Origin: Sandaracinaceae bacterium
Lineage (GTDB): Bacteria > Myxococcota_A > Polyangia > Polyangiales > Sandaracinaceae
NCBI GenBank assembly: GCA_044220955.1
Contig: JBGAQA010000011.1
Coordinates: 49,661 to 113,660, forward strand
Length of the DNA stretch: 64,000 nt
Reading direction: 5' to 3'
Position 1 is the stretch's first letter. Each line of letters begins with the position of its first letter. Positions 8,949 through 17,211 of the stretch are shown here, piece after piece. The position numbers were made by a program, and so were the translations under genes. The notes beneath the pieces are model-generated. The model made no database searches. It saw nothing but the letters and a program-made list of their open reading frames with translations, and had not been told where the DNA came from.

Positions 8949-10103
8949 ATGCGCATCGCCATCCTCTCGCGCAACGACCGCTCGTACTCGACCGAGCGGA
9001 TCGTCGAAGCCGCTCGAAAGCGCGGGCACCACGCGGAGGTGCTCGATCCGCTCCGCTTCGCCGTGAACGTCGAGGCCGACCACCCGAGCCTGCTCTACGG
9101 CGGGCTGCCGGTGGAGCACTACGACGCGGTCATCCCGCGGATCGGCGCGTCGATCACGTTCTTCGGCACCGCCGTGGTGAGGCAGTTCGAGCAGATGGGT
9201 GTGTTCACCCTCAACGGCTCGCACGCGATCACGGTCGCGCGCGACAAGCTCCGCGCGCTGCAGGTGCTCTCGCGCCACTCGATCGGCTTCCCGGCGTCGT
9301 CGTTCGTCAAGCACCGCGACGACATCCTGCCCGCGATCGATCGCCTCGGCGGCGCGCCCGTGATCATCAAGCTCCTCGAGGGCACGCAGGGGGTCGGCGT
9401 GATCCTCGCCGAGGATCGCCGCATCGCGCAGGCGATCGTCGAGACGCTCCAGAGCGCCCAGCAGAACGTGCTCATCCAGAAGTTCGTGGCCGAGAGCCGG
9501 GGGCGCGACGTCCGGGCGTTCGTCGTGGGCGGGCGGGTGGTGGCGGCGATGCGGCGCATCGCGACGGACGGCGAGTACCGTTCCAACGTGCACCGCGGCG
9601 GTCGCACCGAGGCGCTCCTGCTCTCCCCCGACGCCGAGCGCGTCGCGCTGCGGGCCGCACAGATCATGGGCCTGCGCGTGGCGGGCGTCGACATGCTCGA
9701 GTCGAACGAGGGGCCGCTGGTGATGGAGGTCAACAGCTCGCCCGGCCTCGAGGGCATCGAGGGCACGACGCGCATCGACATCGCGGGCGCGATCGTGCGC
9801 CTGTGCGAGGAGCAGGTGATCTTCCCCGACGTCGACCTCAAGCAGCGCCTCACGCTCGACAAGGGCTACGGCGTCGCGGAGCTCACCGTCTCGCGCACGA
9901 GCGAGCTCGCCAACAAGACGCTGGCGGCCTCGAGCCTCGGCGACCGTGACGTCCGGGTGCTCTCCATCCAGCGCGGCAGCCTGGCGATCCCCAACCCGCG
10001 CGGTGAGACGGAGCTGCTGCCCGGGGACGTCGTCCTCTGCTTCGGCAAGCTCAGCGCGCTGCGCGAGCTGATCCCCCGCGCATCGCTCCGGCAGAGCGCG
10101 TAG
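8949..10103 (+). CDS. rimK: RimK-family alpha-L-glutamate ligase with a C-terminal TrkA_C/RCK_C-like domain
   Basis: IPRIGASITFFG, RDKLRALQ, KLLEGTQGVGV, RSNVHRGG, EVNSSPGLEGIE; extension LANKTLA...VLSIQRGSLAIPNPRGETELLPGDVVLCFG. Confidence 0.9.
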   Translation: MRIAILSRNDRSYSTERIVEAARKRGHHAEVLDPLRFAVNVEADHPSLLYGGLPVEHYDAVIPRIGASITFFGTAVVRQFEQMGVFTLNGSHAITVARDKLRALQVLSRHSIGFPASSFVKHRDDILPAIDRLGGAPVIIKLLEGTQGVGVILAEDRRIAQAIVETLQSAQQNVLIQKFVAESRGRDVRAFVVGGRVVAAMRRIATDGEYRSNVHRGGRTEALLLSPDAERVALRAAQIMGLRVAGVDMLESNEGPLVMEVNSSPGLEGIEGTTRIDIAGAIVRLCEEQVIFPDVDLKQRLTLDKGYGVAELTVSRTSELANKTLAASSLGDRDVRVLSIQRGSLAIPNPRGETELLPGDVVLCFGKLSALRELIPRASLRQSA

Positions 10104-10234
10104 GGGACCGTTCGAATTCTGGACGGTGCGCCCCAGCGACGCCCCGGGAGGTGACCGAAGTGCGATCTCGACCCCGCAGAAACGCTCGCTCCGGCCCCGG
10201 CCCGGCTGGCCCGGCGCTTGCGCGGAGCGCGCTC

Positions 10235-11767
10235 ATGCGCGCTTCCATCCTCGCGGCGGTCACGGTCCTGGTCATGGGCGCTTGCCTCGGGGAGCCGGAT
10301 CCGTCCGACTTCGCGGCCGCCGAGTCGAACCTCACCGCCGCCCAACGACGGGCGCGGGCCGGCCAGATCCGCGACGCCGCGTCCGCGAACGGCATGACGC
10401 AGGGCTACCTGCTCGCCGGCATCGCCGACGCCGAGACCAACATGTCGCAGTGCTGGTCGGAGCTCACCTGGGCTTGCCAGGGGCCGACCTCGGCCGACTG
10501 TGGGGGTGGCCCGGTCGTCGCCGGCGCGGGGGACGGCCCCTGCTCGCTCATGCAGGGCGGCCTCGGCATGTTCCAGTTCGACGCCGGCACCTACGATCAG
10601 ACGCTCGCCCGCGAGGGCGACCGCGTCCTGAGCGTCGCGGGCAACACGGCGGCCGCCGTCGACTTCGTCGTGGCGATGGTCATCCGCTCCTCGCACATCA
10701 GCGGCGTGGACACGCGCGATCAGGCGATCGCCTGGCTCAACGGCGTCCGCATCGACAACGGGCAGTGGGACGCGTGGATCACGACGGTCACGCACTACTA
10801 CAACGGCTGCGCGCCCGGCGCGTCGTGCTTCTCGTCGCGCTACGCGAGCTACCGGGACCACACGGTCAACGTCTACAACGAGATGGGCGCGAGCTTCTGG
10901 GCGACCAGCACCTACGGCGCCGCGTTCGTCGCGCAGTCGTTCCCGTTCGCCTCCGATCCCTTCCCGCTGACGGCGGGCACCGAGATGGCAGGCTACCTCG
11001 AGATGCGGAACACGGGGACGGAGGTCTGGCATCCGGGCGCGACCTTCCTCGGCACCACCGAGCCACGCGACGCGGCGAGCCCGCTGCGGGGCAGCGACTG
11101 GCTCTCCGGCAGCCGCGCGGCGACGATCGATCACGACGTGGCTCCGGGCGAGACGGGTCGCTTCGCCTTCAGCGTGCGCGCGCCGACGACGCCGGGCGAC
11201 TACGACCAGTTCTTCAACCTCGTGCAGGAGGGTGTCACCTGGTTCTCCGACAGCGGCGGACCGATCGACCGCCAGCTGGAGATCCGAGTCACCAGCACCG
11301 CAGCCCCCGCGCCCGCCTGTCCCCTGGGAGTCGGCGCGGACTGGTCGTGCGACGGAAGCGACCGCGTGATGTGCACGGCCGGGATGGTGATGCGCGAGGC
11401 CTGCGCGCACGGCTGCGCCGCGGGCGTGTGCAGCCCGGCGCCCACCACCGACGTCGATGGCGACGGCTTCGCGGCGGACGACTGCGACGATGCGGATCCC
11501 TCGATTCACCCCGGAGCGACCGAGGTCTGCGGAGACGGGATCGACCAGGACTGCGATGGAACCGATCGGTCGTGCACGGGCGGCGACGGCGGGCCGGTGT
11601 TCCGCTCCGACGCCGGCGTGGGCCTCGGCGCTGACGGCAGCGCGGGCGCGGGCGCTCGCGGCGGTCTTTCGAGCGGCGGCTGCAGCGCCTCGCCGGCCTC
11701 CGGCTCCGGCTCCGGCCTCGCGCTCGTGGGGCTGGCCGCGCTCGTGCTGTCGCGTCGTCGCCGCTGA
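10235..11767 (+). CDS. Lipoprotein with lysozyme/SLT-like domain, NBR1-Ig-like domain, Asp/Cys metal-binding motif and MYXO-CTERM tail
   Basis: VMGAC lipobox; AGIADAET / GLGMFQF / HYYNG; MRNTGTEVW...VAPGETGRFAFSVRAPTTPG; DCDDADPSIHPGATEVCGDGIDQDCDG; GGCS-hydrophobic-RRRR. Confidence 0.7.
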   Translation: MRASILAAVTVLVMGACLGEPDPSDFAAAESNLTAAQRRARAGQIRDAASANGMTQGYLLAGIADAETNMSQCWSELTWACQGPTSADCGGGPVVAGAGDGPCSLMQGGLGMFQFDAGTYDQTLAREGDRVLSVAGNTAAAVDFVVAMVIRSSHISGVDTRDQAIAWLNGVRIDNGQWDAWITTVTHYYNGCAPGASCFSSRYASYRDHTVNVYNEMGASFWATSTYGAAFVAQSFPFASDPFPLTAGTEMAGYLEMRNTGTEVWHPGATFLGTTEPRDAASPLRGSDWLSGSRAATIDHDVAPGETGRFAFSVRAPTTPGDYDQFFNLVQEGVTWFSDSGGPIDRQLEIRVTSTAAPAPACPLGVGADWSCDGSDRVMCTAGMVMREACAHGCAAGVCSPAPTTDVDGDGFAADDCDDADPSIHPGATEVCGDGIDQDCDGTDRSCTGGDGGPVFRSDAGVGLGADGSAGAGARGGLSSGGCSASPASGSGSGLALVGLAALVLSRRRR

Positions 11768-11832
11768 CTGCGATCGCGACGCAGCAGATCGGGCGGCCGG
11801 TCCGTGGCACCTGCCTTGCGAAGCCCGGGCCC

Positions 11833-13278
11833 ATGCGCGCTCTCGCTCTGGCCCTCGCATCGCTCTTCGTGCTCGGCGCGTGTCTCGGGGAGCCCGAGCC
11901 GGACGACGTCGTGGCGGCGGAGTCGAGCCTGACGGCTGCGCAGCGCCGCACCCGCGCCGGGCACATCCGGGACGCGGCCGCGGCGAACGGCATCACGCAG
12001 GGCTACCTGCTCGCGGGGATCGCCGACTCCGAGACGAGCATGTCGCAGTGCTGGTCGGAGCTCACCTGGGCGTGCCAAGGCCCGCGCTCGAGCGAGTGCG
12101 CCGGCCCGGTCGTGGCGGGCGCGGGAGACGGCCCCTGCTCGGCGCGCCAGGGCGGGCTCGGGATGTTCCAGTTCGACGCGGGCACCTACGACCAGACGCT
12201 CACGCGAGAGGGAACGCGCATCCTCACGATCGCCGGCAACACCGCGGCGGCCGTCGACTTCGTCGTCAACATGGTCATCCGCTCGACGCACGTCTCGGGC
12301 GTGGGCACGCGCGCCGAGGCGATCGACTGGATCAACGGCGTTCGCGTCGGCAACGGCCGCTGGAACGCGTGGATCACCACCGTCACGCACTACTACAACG
12401 GGTGCGCGCCGGGCGCGTCGTGCTTCTCGTCGCGCTACGCGCGCTACGCGGACCACACGAGCGACATCTACCGCGAGATGGGCGCGAGCTTCTGGAGCGT
12501 GAACCGCTACGCCGCGGAGTACGTGCACCAGAGCTTCCCGCTCGCGTCGGAGACCTTCCGGCTCACGGCCGGCACCGCCTCGCACGGCTACGTCGAGATG
12601 CGGAACACGGGCACACAGACCTGGCGGCCCGGGCACACCTACCTCGGCACGAGCGCGCCCCGGGACGCGGCCTCGCCCCTGCGCGCGAGCGACTGGGTCA
12701 ACGATCACCGCGCCGCGGCCATCGATCGCACCGTGGCGCCCGGCGCGACCGGCCGCTTCGTCTTCAGCGTGCGCGCGCCCACGACGCCGGGGACGTACTC
12801 CCAGTACTTCAACCTGGTGGAGGAGGGCGTCACGTGGTTCTCCGACAGCGGCGGGCCGGCAGATCGGCAGATCCAGCTGCGCGTCACGAGCGTCGCCGCG
12901 CCGCCGCCTCCGCCGCGAGACGCGGGGCCCGTCGCGCGCGACGCGGGTCCGCCGCCGCGCGACGCAGGGCACGACGCTGGGCACGACGCCGGGCAGGACG
13001 CCGGCCAGGACGCGGCACCGGCGCCCGTGGTCGTCGCCGACGCGGGCATCGCTCGCTCGGACGCGGGCCGCGATGCAGCGCTCACGGGCGACGGATCGAC
13101 GGCCCGTGGCGACGCGGACCCCCCTCACCGCGGCGGCGTGATGGTGAGCAGCGGTTGCCGTGCGTCGCCGGGGCGGGGCTCGACCGGGCTGCTCGGGCTG
13201 CTCGCCGGCGTCGTCGCGGCGCTCGCGGCCCGCCGAGGGCCCCGTCCTCGAGGCGCGGGGCCCTGGCGCCGGCCGTGA
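11833..13278 (+). CDS. Tandem paralogue of the preceding gene (SLT-like + NBR1-Ig-like + DAG linker + MYXO-CTERM)
   Basis: First ~350 aa closely similar to the upstream gene (QCWSELTWACQGP, GAGDGPCS, MFQFDAGTYDQTL); ends SGC-hydrophobic-RR. Confidence 0.7.
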   Translation: MRALALALASLFVLGACLGEPEPDDVVAAESSLTAAQRRTRAGHIRDAAAANGITQGYLLAGIADSETSMSQCWSELTWACQGPRSSECAGPVVAGAGDGPCSARQGGLGMFQFDAGTYDQTLTREGTRILTIAGNTAAAVDFVVNMVIRSTHVSGVGTRAEAIDWINGVRVGNGRWNAWITTVTHYYNGCAPGASCFSSRYARYADHTSDIYREMGASFWSVNRYAAEYVHQSFPLASETFRLTAGTASHGYVEMRNTGTQTWRPGHTYLGTSAPRDAASPLRASDWVNDHRAAAIDRTVAPGATGRFVFSVRAPTTPGTYSQYFNLVEEGVTWFSDSGGPADRQIQLRVTSVAAPPPPPRDAGPVARDAGPPPRDAGHDAGHDAGQDAGQDAAPAPVVVADAGIARSDAGRDAALTGDGSTARGDADPPHRGGVMVSSGCRASPGRGSTGLLGLLAGVVAALAARRGPRPRGAGPWRRP

Positions 13279-13351
13279 CGACCCCGCAGGGCGGCACCGC
13301 GCGCCCGTCGTTCTCCCGGCAGCCGTGACGCGATATCCTCCGCACGGTTCG

Positions 13352-15151
13352 ATGACGGTCTCTCCGCTTCGCGTCGGCCAGACGGTCGGCGGCAAATACA
13401 AGCTGCTGCGCGAGAGCGCGCGCAGCGGCGATCTCGGCGGCGTCGTCTCCGCCGCCTCCGTGTTCGAGGCCGAGCACGTGTGGACCGGCAAGCGCTTCAC
13501 GCTGAAGGTGCTGGCGGCGCAGGCCGGCAGCTCCCTCGAGATGCGCTTCGTGCGCGAGGCGCGCGCGGCGTCGGCCCTCGTGCACCCGAACGTGGTGAAG
13601 GTCTACGACGTCGACCGCGACGCCAACGGCGCCCTCTACCAGGTGCAGGAGCTGCTCGAGGGCGAGACGCTCGCCGAGGTGCTCCGCGTCCGTCGCCTGC
13701 CCGTCGATCTGGCCCTCGACCGCCTCCTGCCCATCATGGACGCGCTCGCGCTCGCGCACGACGTGGGGGTCGTGCACCGCGACGTCCGCCCGAGCACGAT
13801 CTTCTTCAGCCGCAGGCACGACGGATCCGTCGTGCCCAAGCTGATCGACTTCGGCGTGAGCAAGCTCGTCGGCGCGACCGGAGCGGGCTCGCTCGAGCAC
13901 AACATGACCGTCAACAACGGCTCGCTCGACACGGTCGCGTACCACTCGCCGGAGCGCCTCGCGAGCGATCAGATCGACGCATCGGTCGACGTGTGGGCGA
14001 TGGCGGTCGTGCTCTACGAGACGCTGAGCGGAGCGACGCCCTTCCAGTCGCGGAGCTTCACGGACATGGCCGTGATGATCGCGACGCGCGACACCCCGCA
14101 CCTCTGGGAGCGCGCGCCCGACGTGCCTCCGGAGCTCGCCGCCGTGGTCGATCACGCCCTCGCTCGTAAGCGCGACTGCCGGATCACCGAGATGACGGTG
14201 CTCGTCGCGGAGCTCTGCGCCGCCTCGCATCGCGAGCTGCCCGAGAAGTCCGAGAGTCTGATCGACGCGCTCGCGCCCGTCCACGTCGACACGGACGCCC
14301 TGCCGACGCCGCTCGTGATCGAGGCGATCTCGCCGCCGCGTCCCTCCTCGCGCCCGCCGCCGCGCCGGCCGACGCTCTCGCGGTCGACCGGAGCCGGCGC
14401 GCGCATTCGCTTCGGTGTCGTCGGGGATCCGGACGCTGCCATCGGCGCCTCCACCGAGGATCGTCTCGACCGCGCCCTGATGACGCGGACCGCGGTCGTG
14501 CGCGTACCCTCGTACGCCGACCTGGTGGACGCGCTCGCCGAGAAGCGGGTGGATCTCGCCTGGCTCGCGCCGATGGCCTCCGCGCGCGCGCGCGAAGCCG
14601 GGGCCATCGGGCTCTTCCAGGTGGAGCGCGGCGGGCTCCGCGATCCGAGGGCGCTGCTCGTCGGCCGCTCCCCGCGGGTCCGCAGCTTCGGCGATCTGCG
14701 CGACGCGCGCGCGGCCTGGGTGGACCCGTGGTCGACCAGCGGCTACGCGCTGCAGCGGCGGGCGCTCCTCGACCACGGTGTCGACCCGGCTGCGTTCTCC
14801 GCCGAGGCGTTCCTCGGGACCCACGAGGCCGTCGGCGTCGCCCTCGCGAGCGGGCGCGCCGACGTCGGGGGCATCGTCGGCGTGCTCGATCGCGCCCGCA
14901 ACGAGGTGACCGGCCCCTGGCCGGACGGCGCGCCGATCGTCGTGCTCGCGATGAGCGACCGCATCCCGTCCGAGGTCATCGCGGTCGGGCCCGCCCTCGC
15001 GTCGGAGGTCGAGCCGCTGCGTGCCGCGCTCCTGTCGGCGGGTGTCTCGGCCCTGGGCGCGCTGGTCGGCGCCGACGTCAGCGGCGAGCTGCGAGCCGTC
15101 GACGAGGCGCGCTACGCGACGCTCTTCGATCGCGAGTCGTTCCCGCGCTGA
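13352..15151 (+). CDS. Degenerate Ser/Thr kinase domain fused to a PhnD-like (phosphate/phosphonate) binding domain
   Basis: RFVREA, HPNVV, HRDVRPST, DFG, SPE, DVWA; C-terminal SYADLVDAL...VDLAWLAP...AWVDPWSTSGY...GTHEAV..A...GRADVG. Confidence 0.8.
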   Translation: MTVSPLRVGQTVGGKYKLLRESARSGDLGGVVSAASVFEAEHVWTGKRFTLKVLAAQAGSSLEMRFVREARAASALVHPNVVKVYDVDRDANGALYQVQELLEGETLAEVLRVRRLPVDLALDRLLPIMDALALAHDVGVVHRDVRPSTIFFSRRHDGSVVPKLIDFGVSKLVGATGAGSLEHNMTVNNGSLDTVAYHSPERLASDQIDASVDVWAMAVVLYETLSGATPFQSRSFTDMAVMIATRDTPHLWERAPDVPPELAAVVDHALARKRDCRITEMTVLVAELCAASHRELPEKSESLIDALAPVHVDTDALPTPLVIEAISPPRPSSRPPPRRPTLSRSTGAGARIRFGVVGDPDAAIGASTEDRLDRALMTRTAVVRVPSYADLVDALAEKRVDLAWLAPMASARAREAGAIGLFQVERGGLRDPRALLVGRSPRVRSFGDLRDARAAWVDPWSTSGYALQRRALLDHGVDPAAFSAEAFLGTHEAVGVALASGRADVGGIVGVLDRARNEVTGPWPDGAPIVVLAMSDRIPSEVIAVGPALASEVEPLRAALLSAGVSALGALVGADVSGELRAVDEARYATLFDRESFPR

Positions 15152-15189
15152 GGCCCCGCACCGAGCGAATCGGCCAGGGCGTCCGACAC

Positions 15190-15753
15190 CTACGCCGCGA
15201 CGGGGGGCGCGAAGGCCACGCGGACGCCTCCGGCCAGGATGCCGCCGAGCGCGAGGCCACCGAGCAGGCCGAGCGACTCGCCCGCGAAGAGGCCCGCGCA
15301 GCGCACGCCGAGCGTCGCCCCCGCCACGAGGAGCGTGCCGGCGATCGACTCGGCCGACGCGCGCCGGCCGCGGGCGAGCGGCAGCGCGAGGCCGACGACG
15401 GCCCCGAGCAGCACGCCCGCCTCGAGGCAGCACTCCGGCCGCGTGCAGCAGTCCATGCCCGCGTGCGCCACGCTCGTCGCGGCACAGCACGGGCGCAGGA
15501 CGCTCATGGGCACGAGCCAGCCCGCGGCGCCGGCCACGAGCCCGGCCATTCCACCGCGCGCCAGCGCCCCGCCGCGCCAGATCACGAGCGCCCACGCCGC
15601 GAACGGCAAGGCGAGCCAGCTCGCCTCGAGGCCGGGCGCGAGCCTCGTGAGCACGGCGAGCGCCAGGGTCACGAGCAGCGCGGAGGCGAGGGCAGAGCGG
15701 GCCCGGCCCAGCTCGAGCGCCCGGCGCGCGCGGGTGGCGAGAGTGTCATCCAT
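15190..15753 (-). CDS. Multi-pass membrane protein with a Cys-Cys-rich loop; putative anti-sigma factor
   Basis: Start overlaps the ECF stop by 8 nt; several hydrophobic helices; loop RPCCAATSVAHAGMDCCTRPECC. Confidence 0.65.
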   Translation of the reverse strand: MDDTLATRARRALELGRARSALASALLVTLALAVLTRLAPGLEASWLALPFAAWALVIWRGGALARGGMAGLVAGAAGWLVPMSVLRPCCAATSVAHAGMDCCTRPECCLEAGVLLGAVVGLALPLARGRRASAESIAGTLLVAGATLGVRCAGLFAGESLGLLGGLALGGILAGGVRVAFAPPVAA

Positions 15754-16258
15754 GGCTTGCTCCCAGCAGGGTTCGAAGGCGCGCGTACGCGCGCGACAGG
15801 CGCTTGCGCACGGTGGGCGCGGGCAGGGCGAGCGGGGCGCGGCGACCGAGGAGCGCCGCGATCGCCTCGGCCGAGGGACCGTCGAGATCGGTGACGGCGC
15901 GGTCGAGCGCGATCTCCAGCTCGCGGCGCGCGATCTCGGCGTCGGCGCCCGGCGTCTCGCTCGGAGGGTCGGCCACGAGCGGCGCGTGCGCGCGGACACG
16001 CCGCTCGCGTCGCACCTCGTTGGCGACGATGGCGTAGATCCAGGGCAGGCACGGGCGCCCCGCCTCGAACTCGCTCGCCCGGAAGAACAAGCGCTCGAGG
16101 GCGGCCTGCGCGACGTCGTCGGCGACGTCGGCCGCGACGGCGCGGCGTGCGGCGCGCAGGACGCGCGGGCGCAGCTCGCGGAAGAGCGGATCGAACGCCG
16201 CCCGATCCCCGTCCGCGAGGCGCGCCATGAGCGCGTCGAGCTCCGCCTCGTTCATCAC
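15746..16258 (-). CDS. ECF (sigma-70 group 4) sigma factor
   Basis: GDRAAF..LF, ADDVAQ, PWIYAIVAN, TVRKRLSRAYARLR; 170 aa. Confidence 0.85.
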   Translation of the reverse strand: MMNEAELDALMARLADGDRAAFDPLFRELRPRVLRAARRAVAADVADDVAQAALERLFFRASEFEAGRPCLPWIYAIVANEVRRERRVRAHAPLVADPPSETPGADAEIARRELEIALDRAVTDLDGPSAEAIAALLGRRAPLALPAPTVRKRLSRAYARLRTLLGASHG

Positions 16259-16273
16259 AGGAGCGTGCGCGCG

Positions 16274-16495
16274 TCAGCGCGCGTCGGCCAGTCCGCCGTG
16301 GGCTCCGTGGGCGCAGCAGGGCGATCCCTCGTGGCAGCACGGCGACCCGGGGAAGCAGCAGGGTGATCCGCTGAGCGCGGAGTACGCGACGTTGGCGCCG
16401 AGGCCGAGACCAGCGGCGGCGACGACGAGGAAGGCGGAGGTGCAGAGGGCGCGCGCGCGGGTGGAGAAGAGTCGGTTCATGGAGGTGCCTTTCAT
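16274..16495 (-). CDS. Small exported or membrane-anchored Cys/His-rich protein with (GSPCC)x3
   Basis: Hydrophobic leader then SGSPCCFPGSPCCHEGSPCCAHGAHGG; ATG overlaps the rluA-family stop (ATGA); alternative start at 16480. Confidence 0.75.
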   Translation of the reverse strand: MKGTSMNRLFSTRARALCTSAFLVVAAAGLGLGANVAYSALSGSPCCFPGSPCCHEGSPCCAHGAHGGLADAR

Positions 16496-17211
16496 CCCCT
16501 CCTAGCCGCCCGGCGCGGATCCGTGACCGCAATTCGTCGCAGGGCGCGGATCTCGGGCAGGGACCAGGGCTCCGGGGCGCGCACGACGACCGGCTCCCGC
16601 GTCGTGGGGTGCGTGAACCGGACCTCTCGCGCGTGCAGCAAGGGCCGGTCGAGGCCACGCACCCGCACTCCGTACTTGGGATCCCCGACGATGGGCAGCC
16701 CGACGTGCGCGAGGTGCGCGCGGATCTGGTGGGACCGACCCGTGATGGGCCGCGCCTCGACCAGCGCAGCGCGTCCGAAGAGCGCCGAGAAGCGCTGCTC
16801 GAGCGTGACCTCCGTCCGGGCGGCCACGAAGGAGCCGCGCTCGGCAGCCGTGAGCGAGCCGGGGTCGCGCGCGCGGACGACGTTCCGGTCCTCGTCCTTG
16901 TCGAGCCAGGCGTCGACCACGAGCGCCTCGGGCGGGGTGCCGCGGACGACCGCGGCGTAGCGCCGGTCGACCTCGCCTCGCGCGAACGCGGCGCTCATCG
17001 CTCGCGCCTCCGCCTTCCGCGTCGCGAGCATCACCAGCCCCGACACGTTGCGGTCGAGCCGGTGCAGGACCGCGATCGTGTCCCGACCGAAGTGCGCGCG
17101 GGCGAGATCGACGAGGTTCGGACCGTCCGCGCCAGGCTGCGAGAGGACGCCGGCTGGCTTGTCGACGAGCACCAGCCCCTCGCGCTGCCAGACGACGTCG
17201 AGCCCGCTCAT
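16492..17211 (-). CDS. RluA-family pseudouridine synthase
   Basis: VDKPAG, HRLDRNVSG, TGRSHQIRAHL, PIVGDPKYG, LLHA; ATG overlaps the pcnB stop. Confidence 0.92.
   Translation of the reverse strand: MSGLDVVWQREGLVLVDKPAGVLSQPGADGPNLVDLARAHFGRDTIAVLHRLDRNVSGLVMLATRKAEARAMSAAFARGEVDRRYAAVVRGTPPEALVVDAWLDKDEDRNVVRARDPGSLTAAERGSFVAARTEVTLEQRFSALFGRAALVEARPITGRSHQIRAHLAHVGLPIVGDPKYGVRVRGLDRPLLHAREVRFTHPTTREPVVVRAPEPWSLPEIRALRRIAVTDPRRAARRG

Noticed and set aside
8949..10103. RimK as the maturase of the repeat peptide at 3-173
   Set aside because: It lies about 9 kb away behind unrelated genes and has canonical RimK motifs; nothing links them.
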